The translations under genes were made by a program, and so were the position numbers. A stretch of 64,000 bases of DNA from an uncultured Candidatus Saccharibacteria bacterium. Lineage in GTDB: Bacteria; Patescibacteriota; Minisyncoccia; Phycocordibacterales; UBA918. Positions 18,628 to 28,979 of the stretch are shown piece after piece. A model generated the notes under the pieces. The model was given only the letters and a program-made list of their open reading frames with translations. It had not been told where the DNA came from and did not search any database. Every line of letters begins with the position of its first letter. Within the stretch, counting starts at the first letter, position 1. The DNA lies in NCBI GenBank assembly GCA_964469295.1, contig CAYXYJ010000005.1:16086-80085 (forward strand), read 5' to 3'.

Positions 18628-21600
18628 CTACTGCTGTATTGCAATGACAAATTGATACTCCCCAGCCGTCACCGTTTGCCCAGTAATATCATTACTCCAT
18701 TGCACCTCCATCGCGTTAACGGTTTTTAAGAGTAAGGGGTGATACACCGTATCAAGCAACACTGCACGGCCCTTATTGTCAGTACTCACTATGATTGTCA
18801 CTGTGTCACGTGGAGTAAGATTGGCTTGTTTGCGCATATCCTGCACCGTTCGTATCACTTCTCGAACCGCTCCTTCAGCCAACAGTTCGGGTGTCAATGT
18901 TGTATCGATACTGACCACATCACCAGCCATATACGTTTTTGCATTCAGCTCATCCAATACTACCGCCACCAAATCATCAGGAATGACCGGACCAGTGACG
19001 CGAGCAATCGGTTGACGGACTTTAATACCCGATTTTGTTCGTGCCTCGAGGGCCGCTGTCACGATAGTACGAACCTGAGACATGTCAGCGAGGAGCGCGG
19101 TATTTATTTCGTTTTTCATCGGCCAGGCGGATAAATGAACACTCTCGCTTTCATCACTGTTACGGACGGCACGATATAAATATTCAGCATAAAATGGCAT
19201 TACTGGCGCCATGACTTTGGCTAATTCGCGTAATACAAACCGCAACGTGCCAATAGTGTTTGTCTTATCAGTGTTATCATCACTTTTTAGACGTTCTCGA
19301 CTGCGACGCAAATACCACACAGAAATATCATCAATAAAATCAGCAATAGGCCGAGTGGCTTTATCTAGCTCGTATTGTTCGTACCCGATGGTCACTTCAC
19401 TCACGAGTTGATTGAGACGAGCAACAATCCAGCGGTCAAGCACATTTGGTGACGTCGCATTCGCCGCCGTGCCGTCAGCAAACATTTCGTACATGGCCAA
19501 CACGTTGTGTAATCGACCGATATTTTTACGTTGTAACTCCTGGACTTCTTTATCGACAAAATTCACATCTTCTCCCCGGACCACCGGCGAAGAAAGGAGG
19601 TAAAATCGTACTGAATCAGCGCCCATTTGATTGACTAGATCTTCCGGAGCTGAATAATTTTGCAGTTTCTTAGACAACTTTTTACCATCTTCAGCCATGA
19701 TAAGCCCATTCACGATCACATTTTTATACGGCGATGTACCAAATAACGCTGTCCCCAGTACAATGAGGGAGTAAAACCAGCCACGGGTTTGATCAAGTCC
19801 CTCAGCAATAAAATTGGCTGGAAATCGATGTGTAAACGCTTCTTCATTACATGAGAATGGATAATGGTGCTGGGCATACGGCATCGAACCACTTTCAAAC
19901 CAACAATCAAAGACATCTTTGATTCGTTCCAGTTTTGTCCCATCGGTATCAAATAATTCGATGTCGTCGATATACGGTCGATGGTAGTCGAGTTGATACA
20001 AATCATTGTGAGGTAATGGAGTAAACGACAATGATTTCGTTTCGGCGTTTTTTAAATAGCCTTGTTCTTTCAAAGTAATCATCGCTTCATAATCGAGGCC
20101 ACGCGCGACGGTTTCCAGTGCAAATAACGAACTACCGTGACCAATCACTAATGTATGTTCGTTGGTGATGGTGGCATCGTATTCATACAACCAACTACCA
20201 ACTCGCTTAATAAGATCATATCGACTTTCCCCGCCAGCAAATTGTCGAGTGAATTTTTCTGCTTCAGTAGCAAACTGGGTGTTGAATTCAGCCCAGGTTT
20301 TGCCTTCATAATCATCACCGACACGAAATTCAGCCAACCGTGCATCCGCTATCACCGCACTGGCTGGCAATCCTAATGTAGCAGCAATAATTTCAGCCGT
20401 TTCGCGAGCTCGTTGTAATCCGGAATGAACAATTCTTGTAACGGTTGATACCGTAGCAGCAACGGCAGCCGCTTGCGCTCGACCATTATCAGTCAAAGGG
20501 TTGTTATTTTTTCCCAGCGCATCAATGACGCCACTAACATTACTATTCGCCTCAGCGTGACGCACTATAGTATATGAGTTATTTCTTTTTGGAAGAAAAG
20601 AAATAATATCTGCCAAAGAACCCATTACATGGACGGCCCCCGTCTGATGGTTTTTCCAAATTGGTAAGGGCGCTCCCCAATACCGTTGTCGACTAATCGC
20701 CCAATCGCGTGCACCCTCGAGCCACTTGCCAAAGCGGTTTGTGCCCACATGGTCTGGTACCCAGTGCACTTGATTGTTGGCGGCGACCAGTTCGTCTTTG
20801 ATCTTTGGCACGTTTACGAACCACGATGTAGTCGCATAGTTAAGTAACGGAGTATCACACCGCCAACAGTGCGGGTAGCTATGCGTGATGTTTTCTTTTT
20901 TGAAAATTTTATCTGCAACTTGAAGCGACTTCAGGATTTCGATATCAGTGTCTTTGTGATCAATGCCAACAGCATCGTCATCCTTTGGCTTTACCAAGGC
21001 ACAATTAAAACCGGTCACCCACTCTTTAAAGCGACCGCTGTCGTCCACATGATGAACAATCGGAATATTGTTTGCCTTAGCTAGCTGCATATCATCTTCC
21101 CCGTACGCTGGCGCGATGTGGACTGCACCCGTTCCTTCTTCACCAATTTCCACATAATCAGCATGCCAAATTTTCCAGGCATTTGATTGGTCAAAATTTT
21201 GTCCAATCAAAAATGGAAATGGTGGTTGATACGATTTCCCTACTAGAACCTCGCCCTTCATGGTTTCGATGATTTCATACGAAACAGCACCGAGCTGTGC
21301 GAGTCGCCCTTTCGCGATTATGAAAAATTCATCATTTTTCATTTCTTCACTTTTAATTTTTACCGTCACATACTCGAAATCACGATTGACTGCCGCCGCC
21401 AAGTTGCCTGGCAGTGTCCAGGGAGTAGTCGTCCATACAAGGAGTGAAGTAGCAGTCACTTGCCCGGCGTCATCAAGCAGTGGAAGCTTCACTGTCACGG
21501 CAATATCTTTGATATCTTTGTAGCCTTGATTCACTTCAAAGTTACTGAGAGTGGTCCCACAGCGTGGACATAGCTGCATCGCTTTGTAGCCTTCAAACGC

Positions 21601-22158
21601 TAGATTTTTTTTGTACAATGATTTAAAAGCCCACCAAACACTTTCAGTGTAGGTGCTATCCATCGTCTTGTAGTCGTTCTCCATGTCGGCGAAGCGACCC
21701 ATCCGCGGAATAATTCGCTTCCATTCGTCAGCGTATTCCATGACTGTCGCCCGCGCCGCTTCATTAAAATTTTTCACCCCAAATGTCTCAATATCTCGTT
21801 TGGTGGCCAGTCCAAGTTTCTTTTCAATCAGATTTTCAAGCGGTAAGCCATGGCAATCCCAACCCCATTTTCGCACCACGCGATACCCGCGCATAGTCCA
21901 AAATCGTGGCACCGCGTCTTTAATCGCACTCGCGAGAATATGACCATAGTGCGGTAACCCCGTAGCAAACGGCGGTCCATCATAAAATACATAGGTTCCT
22001 TTTGGCTCCGCGCCAGCCGGCGTTGCAATAGTTTTATTAAAAATGTCGTGTTCTTGCCAAAAAGTTTGCATCGCCTCTTCTCGCAGCGCTACATCACTTT
22101 TAGCAACGACTTCCTCAACCATTACCGTGTCGTTTTCACGACCATGTTGTTTTGACAT
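18628..22158 (-). CDS. ileS: Isoleucyl-tRNA synthetase (type 2) carrying an inserted histidine-phosphatase (PGAM-like) domain
   Basis: PPFATGLPHYGHIL (HIGH), the CP1 editing region, WAISRQRYWGAPLPIW, LDYHRPYID, DVFDCWFESGSMPYAQ, and KLSKK (KMSKS-like). A roughly 180-aa segment containing RHAE...RAQAAA...SGLQRARETAEII...GHGSS lies between IISFLPK and LDYHRPYID. 1176 aa. Confidence 0.9.
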   Translation of the reverse strand: MSKQHGRENDTVMVEEVVAKSDVALREEAMQTFWQEHDIFNKTIATPAGAEPKGTYVFYDGPPFATGLPHYGHILASAIKDAVPRFWTMRGYRVVRKWGWDCHGLPLENLIEKKLGLATKRDIETFGVKNFNEAARATVMEYADEWKRIIPRMGRFADMENDYKTMDSTYTESVWWAFKSLYKKNLAFEGYKAMQLCPRCGTTLSNFEVNQGYKDIKDIAVTVKLPLLDDAGQVTATSLLVWTTTPWTLPGNLAAAVNRDFEYVTVKIKSEEMKNDEFFIIAKGRLAQLGAVSYEIIETMKGEVLVGKSYQPPFPFLIGQNFDQSNAWKIWHADYVEIGEEGTGAVHIAPAYGEDDMQLAKANNIPIVHHVDDSGRFKEWVTGFNCALVKPKDDDAVGIDHKDTDIEILKSLQVADKIFKKENITHSYPHCWRCDTPLLNYATTSWFVNVPKIKDELVAANNQVHWVPDHVGTNRFGKWLEGARDWAISRQRYWGAPLPIWKNHQTGAVHVMGSLADIISFLPKRNNSYTIVRHAEANSNVSGVIDALGKNNNPLTDNGRAQAAAVAATVSTVTRIVHSGLQRARETAEIIAATLGLPASAVIADARLAEFRVGDDYEGKTWAEFNTQFATEAEKFTRQFAGGESRYDLIKRVGSWLYEYDATITNEHTLVIGHGSSLFALETVARGLDYEAMITLKEQGYLKNAETKSLSFTPLPHNDLYQLDYHRPYIDDIELFDTDGTKLERIKDVFDCWFESGSMPYAQHHYPFSCNEEAFTHRFPANFIAEGLDQTRGWFYSLIVLGTALFGTSPYKNVIVNGLIMAEDGKKLSKKLQNYSAPEDLVNQMGADSVRFYLLSSPVVRGEDVNFVDKEVQELQRKNIGRLHNVLAMYEMFADGTAANATSPNVLDRWIVARLNQLVSEVTIGYEQYELDKATRPIADFIDDISVWYLRRSRERLKSDDNTDKTNTIGTLRFVLRELAKVMAPVMPFYAEYLYRAVRNSDESESVHLSAWPMKNEINTALLADMSQVRTIVTAALEARTKSGIKVRQPIARVTGPVIPDDLVAVVLDELNAKTYMAGDVVSIDTTLTPELLAEGAVREVIRTVQDMRKQANLTPRDTVTIIVSTDNKGRAVLLDTVYHPLLLKTVNAMEVQWSNDITGQTVTAGEYQFVIAIQQ

Positions 22159-22249
22159 AAAATATGAAATGTATATCAGACATTAATAATGCGCATATAT
22201 CAGATGCGTATAGGCATGGTACCACGATTTCCTAAAACGGCTAGAGACG

Positions 22250-22275
22250 AAAAACGGCGCCGAGGCGCCGTCTAC
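22250..22275 (-). terminator. Intrinsic terminator for the minus-strand GC-rich cassette (acggcgcctcggcgccgt + T5 on the minus strand)
   Basis: Hairpin followed by TTTTT when read on the minus strand, immediately 3' of the ORF ending at 22293. Confidence 0.6.
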
Positions 22276-22292
22276 TTCTTCAATCGGGGTCG

Positions 22293-22583
22293 TTACGGCC
22301 AGTCAATACGGCGCAACATGAGCGCCAGAAAGACCGCAAAGAACACAGGCCACAGTGACACCAAAACCAGGATCCATGCCCAGAACTGGCTATAATGCAG
22401 GTACAGACCCACGGCCAGAACCGGCAGCGCGAACGTCATGAACCAGGCGTTACCCTGGAGCCATGCCGAAGCCGCAGGTAGCTCTTCAGACGAATTGCCC
22501 TGGATGTACACAAAGTACGCACCATGGAGCAGCCACGAGAAGAGCAGGAGGAAGCAAAAAACGATATCGGTCAGTATTTGCAC
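22293..22583 (-). CDS. Hypothetical small membrane protein (3 TM), GC-rich
   Basis: 96 aa, MQILTDIVFCFLLLFSWLLHG...WAWILVLVSLWPVFFAVFLALML. About 55% GC versus about 43% background. Terminator immediately downstream. Confidence 0.5.
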   Translation of the reverse strand: MQILTDIVFCFLLLFSWLLHGAYFVYIQGNSSEELPAASAWLQGNAWFMTFALPVLAVGLYLHYSQFWAWILVLVSLWPVFFAVFLALMLRRIDWP

Positions 22584-22584
22584 T

Positions 22585-22845
22585 TCAGTCTCCTTTTGCT
22601 GTCAGCGGCGGGAATGCCGCGGCAGAGGCATCGATCTTCAAGCGCAACATCAAGTTCCCCCCTTCATCTTCGTACACTGTCGCCAGACAGCTGCGCGAAT
22701 TCCATTCGACCAGCACATCATACTGGTAACTACGAAGCCAGCGATGACATTTCGCCAGTGCCGGGGGAACGGTCATCTTGTGACCGTTGATCAAGACGTG
22801 ATAAGAGTCGCGATTCACGCTGATACGTTTTTGATTTTTCGTCAC
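22585..22845 (-). CDS. Hypothetical small cytoplasmic protein, GC-rich, first gene of the two-gene cassette
   Basis: 86 aa. Its stop lies 1 nt from the next gene's start. No domain recognised. Confidence 0.45.
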   Translation of the reverse strand: MTKNQKRISVNRDSYHVLINGHKMTVPPALAKCHRWLRSYQYDVLVEWNSRSCLATVYEDEGGNLMLRLKIDASAAAFPPLTAKGD

Positions 22846-22981
22846 GTTTGCCTCCCTGCGGTTCAGAACTTATTACTACCAAAAGTTTACAACGATTGAA
22901 GGATATGTCAACTATTGCAGTACAGACCCTTTACGCATCTGGTAACTTACTCTTACTCAAACCGCGTAATTAGAAGAGCAT

Positions 22982-23010
22982 TTGAATTTTTATTAGGTAT
23001 AAAAATTCAA
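22982..23010. promoter_or_regulatory. 11-bp inverted repeat with 7-bp spacer (TTGAATTTTTA-ttaggta-TAAAAATTCAA), candidate operator upstream of the cassette
   Basis: Perfect palindrome in the intergenic region between the argS 3' end and the cassette start. Confidence 0.3.
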
Positions 23011-23145
23011 ACAAAATTCGCAATAGTCGCCTGACAGTGTTCACTCATGAATTTGGAGACGCGGACACCCCGCCCTGGGAACGGGCGAGGTGCTCGCGGA
23101 AATTCGCCATTGTCGGCCTACGGCCTCTGTGGCTCATTTCTCATT

Positions 23146-24834
23146 TTACATTTGGTCGGGAGCAGCAATACCCAGGGTCCATAACCCGTTTTTGATCGTG
23201 GTACCCACCGCGGCGGTGAGAAGAGCCTTATACGGCGCATAGATATCGTCAGCATCAGCAATCATTTCACGTGCATAAAATGAATTAAAGGCACCAGCCA
23301 GTTCCGTGATGTATGTCACGACCTGGTGCGGCGCTCGCTCGGCGAGCGCCGCTTTGGTGACTTCCGGGAACCGGTACAAGATGCGTTCAATATCGTATGG
23401 TACTTCAGGCACCATCTCTGCATTAGGCACCACCCCAACCGCGGCCGCTTTTTTCAAGACACTCACTGTTCGCGCGTACGTGTATTGGAGGTATGGTCCA
23501 GAATCGCCTTCAAATGACAATGCCTTTTCTTTATCAAACACAATATTTGAACCAACTGAATGGCGGAGAATTTGGTACTTCAGTGCCGCCACCGCAATTT
23601 GATTAGTAAGCTCGTCAATATCAGTTGCCCGACTTTCAGCGGCTCGTTGTCGAGCCGCTTCTTGTACTTCTGCAAGCAGCGACTCACCAGTTAACACATT
23701 TCCTTTACGCGAAGACATCTTGCCAGTAGTAAGCGTGAGAAAACCGGTCGGAATGTGTTCGAGATTTTTCTCACGCGCGTCCGGGAATAATTCTCGCAGC
23801 GCTGCGTACAGTACCTTAAAGTACTCGGTTTGTTCGTTCCCGGTAACAATAATTGACTGCGTCCAGTGCGGATACTTGGTACGCTTGAGTGTAAAATTAC
23901 CGACATCTTTCGCTTCATAGGTCGGTAATCCTTGTGAGTTCAGAAAAACACGGGTGTGTAATCCGACTTTTTCTCCTTCGTAAACGACCGCTCCCTGACT
24001 CTCGGTAAAGACGGTACCAATATTATTTTTTACTACTGTTACCCCCGGTTCACTCGCAGTACTTTCAGTAATTTCAGTATCAAAATTTGTGCCTAATCGT
24101 GCACAAATACTTTCCAGACTTCGGCGGGACGTCGCAATACCACGCGAACGGAGATCATTTAAGGCGATATCAGTTCCGGCATAAAGTGCCCGGTTCACTG
24201 CTTCAATTTCTAATTTAGCATTTTCGTCCGTTTCGTACGCTTCATTCCCAACTCGGTATGCTGTGCCCAGCGCCAAAATATTGTCAGGGTCAGCGGCCGT
24301 TGTTTTCAGTCCCCACACCCCTTTCGCTACCGTCAATCCAATATCAGACGGATAATTTACTCGGCGTACGACAGCACCTGCCGTTTCATACAGTCGCGTA
24401 AATGATTCACCGATAATATTACCAACCAAATTACCAATATGGAGAGGCTTGAATAAATTGGGACTCGTATATTCAAACAGCACTTCTTCACCTGCCTGAT
24501 CATCCCCCTTCCCCCACGCGTCACCTGCAGTCACCACCGCGGCGGTCTGTGCGGAAAAAAATTCCCGGGTGAGGTGGAAATTGATAAATCCTGGGCCAGC
24601 GATGGTAATATCACGCACGTCATCCATTGTTCCTGCTAGTGTCGCAACCAGTTGCTCGGCGACAGCGCGTGGCGACTGTCCAGCTACTTTTGCAATGACG
24701 AGCGCCACATTGCATGCGTAGTCACCATGAGCCAATTCCTTAGGGTGTTCAACCACAAAATCAGCCGCCGGCAGACCGAGTTGGCCAAGGGCAGTTTGTA
24801 CAGCACTACGAATGGTTGCTTCCATAATGGTCAC
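23146..24834 (-). CDS. argS: Arginyl-tRNA synthetase
   Basis: N-terminal add-1 domain, a HIGH-like region (SPNLFKPLHIGNL), and a C-terminal DALR anticodon-binding domain. 562 aa. Confidence 0.9.
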   Translation of the reverse strand: MTIMEATIRSAVQTALGQLGLPAADFVVEHPKELAHGDYACNVALVIAKVAGQSPRAVAEQLVATLAGTMDDVRDITIAGPGFINFHLTREFFSAQTAAVVTAGDAWGKGDDQAGEEVLFEYTSPNLFKPLHIGNLVGNIIGESFTRLYETAGAVVRRVNYPSDIGLTVAKGVWGLKTTAADPDNILALGTAYRVGNEAYETDENAKLEIEAVNRALYAGTDIALNDLRSRGIATSRRSLESICARLGTNFDTEITESTASEPGVTVVKNNIGTVFTESQGAVVYEGEKVGLHTRVFLNSQGLPTYEAKDVGNFTLKRTKYPHWTQSIIVTGNEQTEYFKVLYAALRELFPDAREKNLEHIPTGFLTLTTGKMSSRKGNVLTGESLLAEVQEAARQRAAESRATDIDELTNQIAVAALKYQILRHSVGSNIVFDKEKALSFEGDSGPYLQYTYARTVSVLKKAAAVGVVPNAEMVPEVPYDIERILYRFPEVTKAALAERAPHQVVTYITELAGAFNSFYAREMIADADDIYAPYKALLTAAVGTTIKNGLWTLGIAAPDQM

Positions 24835-24872
24835 ACTATAGCAGAAAATTTAGAAAACGCTTGCCACTACAC

Positions 24873-25978
24873 CTAATCAATTACCCGCACGAGTTCATCC
24901 GGTTTTTCGGTCGTATCAATCTGAAATACTTGCTGCCCAATTACCTGCCCCCGGTCGGTTTCGACCCGGCAACGCCACGTTCCATCGCGAAAGCTTGAAA
25001 TAGCGGTATATCCACGATACCCATCGTCGCCGCCGCCAGTAATCGGATACCCCAATCGAAAATGTTCTACCCATTTATCATTGTCGTCTTTATACTCCCA
25101 CACATGATTAATGCTGGTCGATAAACGTGTGGGCGCAAACACCCGCGTAAAGCACGCGACGGTATTTGTTTCAGACGGATGAAAATCGTGATTCACCCGC
25201 CGCCAAAATTGCCACCACGGTGCTGGCTCATAGACCACTTCGTATTCATTGCCGACTCGTACCACCGACTGTGCAATGGTGATTTCTTTTAATGAAAGCG
25301 GAATCGGAGGAATAATATTTGTCATATATAGCGCTTGAAATATGGCAAACGTGCCGAGGATAACAAAGACGATTTTGCGCATCTCCAAATACAGATAATT
25401 GGGAATAATCAGAGTCAGCAACTGAACGACACCATATACAAATAACAAGGCAACGATACTTGACCCAAAAAACATCCATCCACCCATCTGTCCAGTCAAA
25501 ATTGGTAATTGCAATGTCACAAAAGCAAACACCCCAACAAAATACGCATAGAGATTGAACACCAACTGTTGCCCCCGATTCTTTATTAATTCGTTGCCGG
25601 CAATCGCCGAAATAATTAATAAAAGAAATGGCCAACTCGATAATATCGCTCCACTTTTCCCATAAAATATCAACATTCCGGAAAATAAACCGCCAAAGGC
25701 ATATTGCATCACTGCACTTGCATACCGTTCGGTAGTTAGTGATCGCACATCACCAAACCGTCTGGCGATACTGGCATAAAATACCAATAGTGACAGTGTC
25801 GCTAATACGACATAAACAATTAACGTCGTATTGTCTATCACATCATCAACGCGATTCAAAAGCAAAAAGTCAGTAATAAATCCGCCGATAAAGGCCAACG
25901 TTAACCAATGGTGTTTTATCGTTTTGACAAGTCGGCGGTGCCGGGGCGCTTCTTCAATATAGTCTTCCATATCAATCA
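24873..25978 (-). CDS. Polytopic membrane protein with C-terminal DUF2914-like beta domain
   Basis: About 8 TM helices, then a soluble C-terminal region (YEVVYEPAPWW...LGYPITGGGDDGYRGYTAISSF...WRCRVETDRGQVIG). The start is taken at MIDMEDY; the ORF extends to 26054. Confidence 0.5.
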
Positions 25979-26113
25979 TTGTAACAGAGGGGTGAGGTAA
26001 ATAAAAAAAGCGCCGACGGGGGTCGGCGCGAGGTGTGGAACGAGGGAATCTCAAAAGAATAGGCTTGCCATGGCGTTCCAGCTCACGACAAGTCTATTCT
26101 ATCATATGTTTTG

Positions 26114-27382
26114 TTAGACCAGTACTTCCGGCACCGGAAACGCTTCGCAAAGCGCCTCTACTTCTTTTTGCAAGGACGCTTTCTTGGCACTATCGTCTTT
26201 CGCCCGCATAGCAGTAATCATAATTTCCGCCAGCGTCGTTGCTTCGCCTTCTCTCATGCCGCGAGTGGTCATGGCGGGCGTACCAAACCGGATACCCGAC
26301 GGATCCATCGCCGTACGCGGATCATCAGCGATCATGTTTTTATTCAGTGTAATACCAACTTCATCAAGCACTGTCTCGGCTTCCTGACCCGTCACGCCAA
26401 GCGACCCAAAGACATCAGCCACGAGGAGGTGATTGTCGGTGCCGCCGCAGAGAAGCCGCACATTCTCAGCTTTGAAGACCGCTTCCATGGCTTTCGCGTT
26501 TTTTAATATCTGCGCGGCGTACACTTTAAAAGCCGGTGCGAGCGCTTCCCCAAACGCGACGGCCTTGCCGGCAATGATGTGCATGTGTGGACCACCTTGC
26601 ATACCGGGAAAAACGGCTTTGTTGATGCGCTTTGCGATTTCTTCATCCTCACGCACGAGGATCATACCGCCGCGCGGGCCGCGTAGGGTTTTGTGAGTAG
26701 TCGTTGTAATCACATCAAACTCATAATCAAATGGATTCTTTGCCACACCACCCGCAATCAGTCCGGCAATGTGCGCCATATCGGCCACGGTGTAGGCCCC
26801 AACCTCACGCGCAATGTCGACAAATTTCTGGTAATCGAGCTCACGACTATACGCTGAAAATCCGGCGAGAATGATTTTTGGTTTGTGTTCTAAGGCCACC
26901 TGTCGCAAGGCTTCATAATCAATCTCGCCCGTCTCGACATCTTTCATTTTGTAGCGGACAAAGTTGAAGACCTTATTGATAGCAGTCGTCGGGTGGCCGT
27001 GAGTGAGGTGGCCGCCGTGACTCAGATCCATCCCCAGGACCGTATCGCCTGGTTCCATCAAGGCAAAGTACATCGCGACATTAGCGGCTGCACCGCCGAG
27101 CGGCTGGACGTTCGCATACTTGGCCGCAAAGAGCTGCTTCGCCCGCTCGATCGCGAGACTTTCGGCAATATCCGTGTATTGCTGGCCGCCGTAGTACCGC
27201 TTCCCGGGATACCCTTCAGAATATTTATTGGTAAAAACCGAACCATTAGCTTCAAGAACCGCCCGCGAGACATAATTCTCGCTCGGAATTAGTTCAACGC
27301 CACGTGCTTCGCGAGTCTCTTCGCCCACGAGAGCTTTATAAAGTTCTGGATCCTGCGCTTTGATGAATGAATAGTGTTCCAT
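26114..27382 (-). CDS. glyA: Serine hydroxymethyltransferase
   Basis: ELIPSENYVS...YSEGYPGKRYYGG...TTHKTLRGPRGG (PLP lysine motif). 422 aa. Confidence 0.95.
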   Translation of the reverse strand: MEHYSFIKAQDPELYKALVGEETREARGVELIPSENYVSRAVLEANGSVFTNKYSEGYPGKRYYGGQQYTDIAESLAIERAKQLFAAKYANVQPLGGAAANVAMYFALMEPGDTVLGMDLSHGGHLTHGHPTTAINKVFNFVRYKMKDVETGEIDYEALRQVALEHKPKIILAGFSAYSRELDYQKFVDIAREVGAYTVADMAHIAGLIAGGVAKNPFDYEFDVITTTTHKTLRGPRGGMILVREDEEIAKRINKAVFPGMQGGPHMHIIAGKAVAFGEALAPAFKVYAAQILKNAKAMEAVFKAENVRLLCGGTDNHLLVADVFGSLGVTGQEAETVLDEVGITLNKNMIADDPRTAMDPSGIRFGTPAMTTRGMREGEATTLAEIMITAMRAKDDSAKKASLQKEVEALCEAFPVPEVLV

Positions 27383-27508
27383 AGAAAAAGGAATTAGAAA
27401 GATAAGTAACCATCAGTACTGCGCAGGTAGTTAGATCATAAGCCTATCGAGAATTAATCCTTTCTAGTATACAAGACTCCCTGCCATGAAACCATACCAA
27501 CGGTAAAA

Positions 27509-27961
27509 CTACTTTCCAGTACTCCCAAATGCTCCTTGCCCGCGCTTCGTTTCGTCCAGCTCATCAACCTCAACAAAAGTCGGCTGTTCAATTTTCTGAA
27601 TCAGCATTTGGGCGACTTTGTCTCCTGCCTCAAAATGATATGGGGCATTACCTGCATTGTAGAGACCAACCATTATTTCTCCCCGATAACCAGCATCGAC
27701 AACCCCGCCAAGAGTCTTTAGTCCACCCTTGTGCGACACCCCGCTCTTGTCCCACACGAGACCAACGTAACCAGCAGGTATAGCCATGGCAATACCGGTT
27801 TTTATTTGTACACGTTGCCCCACCTCAACAGTAACCGCTTCAAGTGCATAGAGATCCATACCAGCGTCAGTGTCATGAGCGTACGTTGGAAGCTTGGCAA
27901 CCGAGTGAAGTTTTTTGATTGGCAATTGCATATAGATACGTATAGTATCACTCGTCTCCAT
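27509..27961 (-). CDS. dut: dUTP diphosphatase
   Basis: dUTPase motifs AGMDL, GLVWDKSGV, GVVDAGYRGEI, and C-terminal RGQGAFGSTG. Confidence 0.9.
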   Translation of the reverse strand: METSDTIRIYMQLPIKKLHSVAKLPTYAHDTDAGMDLYALEAVTVEVGQRVQIKTGIAMAIPAGYVGLVWDKSGVSHKGGLKTLGGVVDAGYRGEIMVGLYNAGNAPYHFEAGDKVAQMLIQKIEQPTFVEVDELDETKRGQGAFGSTGK

Positions 27962-28031
27962 ACTTCATCTAGGCATATTTTTATGTCCTAATCTTGCCAC
28001 AGAATACATATATTTCTATACACCTGCTAAA

Positions 28032-28976
28032 ATGATTGCATATCAATTAACCCACAAAGTCATGATGAAGCCATACTCCGAACGTACCCCTGATCTCCAG
28101 TACAAAAACCTCCTGAAGGATATCCTCGAACGTGGCGTTCGATCAAAAAGCCAAGCTGGAACCAGTGCCGAAAATCCAGACGGGACCGATTGCATCACTC
28201 TCTTTGGTGCGAACCCAATGCGTTTTGATTTGGCAAATGGCTTTCCGATGATTACCGAACGAAGCGTGAAAGGCTTTTGGAAACAAGCGGTCGGAGAAAT
28301 AATTGGTTTCGCTAACGGCGCCCGCACGCAAGCCGAACTCGAATCCTACGGCTGCAAGTTTTGGGCGGCGTGGGTTACCCCAGAAAAATGCGCCAAGCGC
28401 GGACTTGAAGCCGGTGACCTTGGACCAGGTTCGTATGGCGCAGCTTTTCATGACTTCCCGACTGCTGAAGGCGAATCATACGACCAATTCAAGCACATCA
28501 TTCAACAAATTAAGGAGCGTCCACATTTGAAGACCCATTTTATTTCGCCATGGGTACCCCAATACACCGCTCGGGTTGAAGGACGACAGCAAAAAGTCGT
28601 CGTCTGTCCGTGTCACGGCTGGCTTCATATTCGTATCCTCAACGGAAAACTTAATCTCCATATGTTCCAACGTTCAGGTGATGTCCCAATTGGCGTCCCG
28701 TCAAACATGATTCAATACGCTGCACTCACCATGATGCTGGCCCAAGTAACCGGATATGAAGTTGGTGAATACATTCACACTATTTCTGATGCCCATATTT
28801 ATGTAGACCAAATTCCTGCCGTCGAAGAATTTCTCAAACGAGAAACGTTCGCCTTCCCAACCGTCACCCTCGACAATCCAACCACCACCTTCACCGAATT
28901 CCGTAATACTGACTTCACTCTCGGAGACGATTACCAGGCGGGAGAAGCCATGAAGGATATTCCGGTTGCCATCTGA
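28032..28976 (+). CDS. thyA: Thymidylate synthase (ThyA family)
   Basis: MRFDL..GFPMIT, GDLGP.YG, ISPW, CPCHGW (catalytic Cys), FQRSGDVPIGVPSNMIQYAALTMMLAQV, and C-terminal PVAI. The start may be at 28062. Confidence 0.85.
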   Translation: MIAYQLTHKVMMKPYSERTPDLQYKNLLKDILERGVRSKSQAGTSAENPDGTDCITLFGANPMRFDLANGFPMITERSVKGFWKQAVGEIIGFANGARTQAELESYGCKFWAAWVTPEKCAKRGLEAGDLGPGSYGAAFHDFPTAEGESYDQFKHIIQQIKERPHLKTHFISPWVPQYTARVEGRQQKVVVCPCHGWLHIRILNGKLNLHMFQRSGDVPIGVPSNMIQYAALTMMLAQVTGYEVGEYIHTISDAHIYVDQIPAVEEFLKRETFAFPTVTLDNPTTTFTEFRNTDFTLGDDYQAGEAMKDIPVAI

Positions 28977-28979
28977 TCT

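Noticed and set aside
18739-19134. Plus-strand ORFs antisense to ileS (18739..19134, 18776..19015 and similar)
   Set aside because: They are embedded in the strongly supported ileS coding region. The translations are low complexity.
22438-22899. Plus-strand ORFs (153, 88 and 88 aa) across the GC-rich cassette
   Set aside because: They are antisense to the two minus-strand genes. The minus-strand reading is supported by the downstream minus-oriented terminator and a coherent TM prediction.
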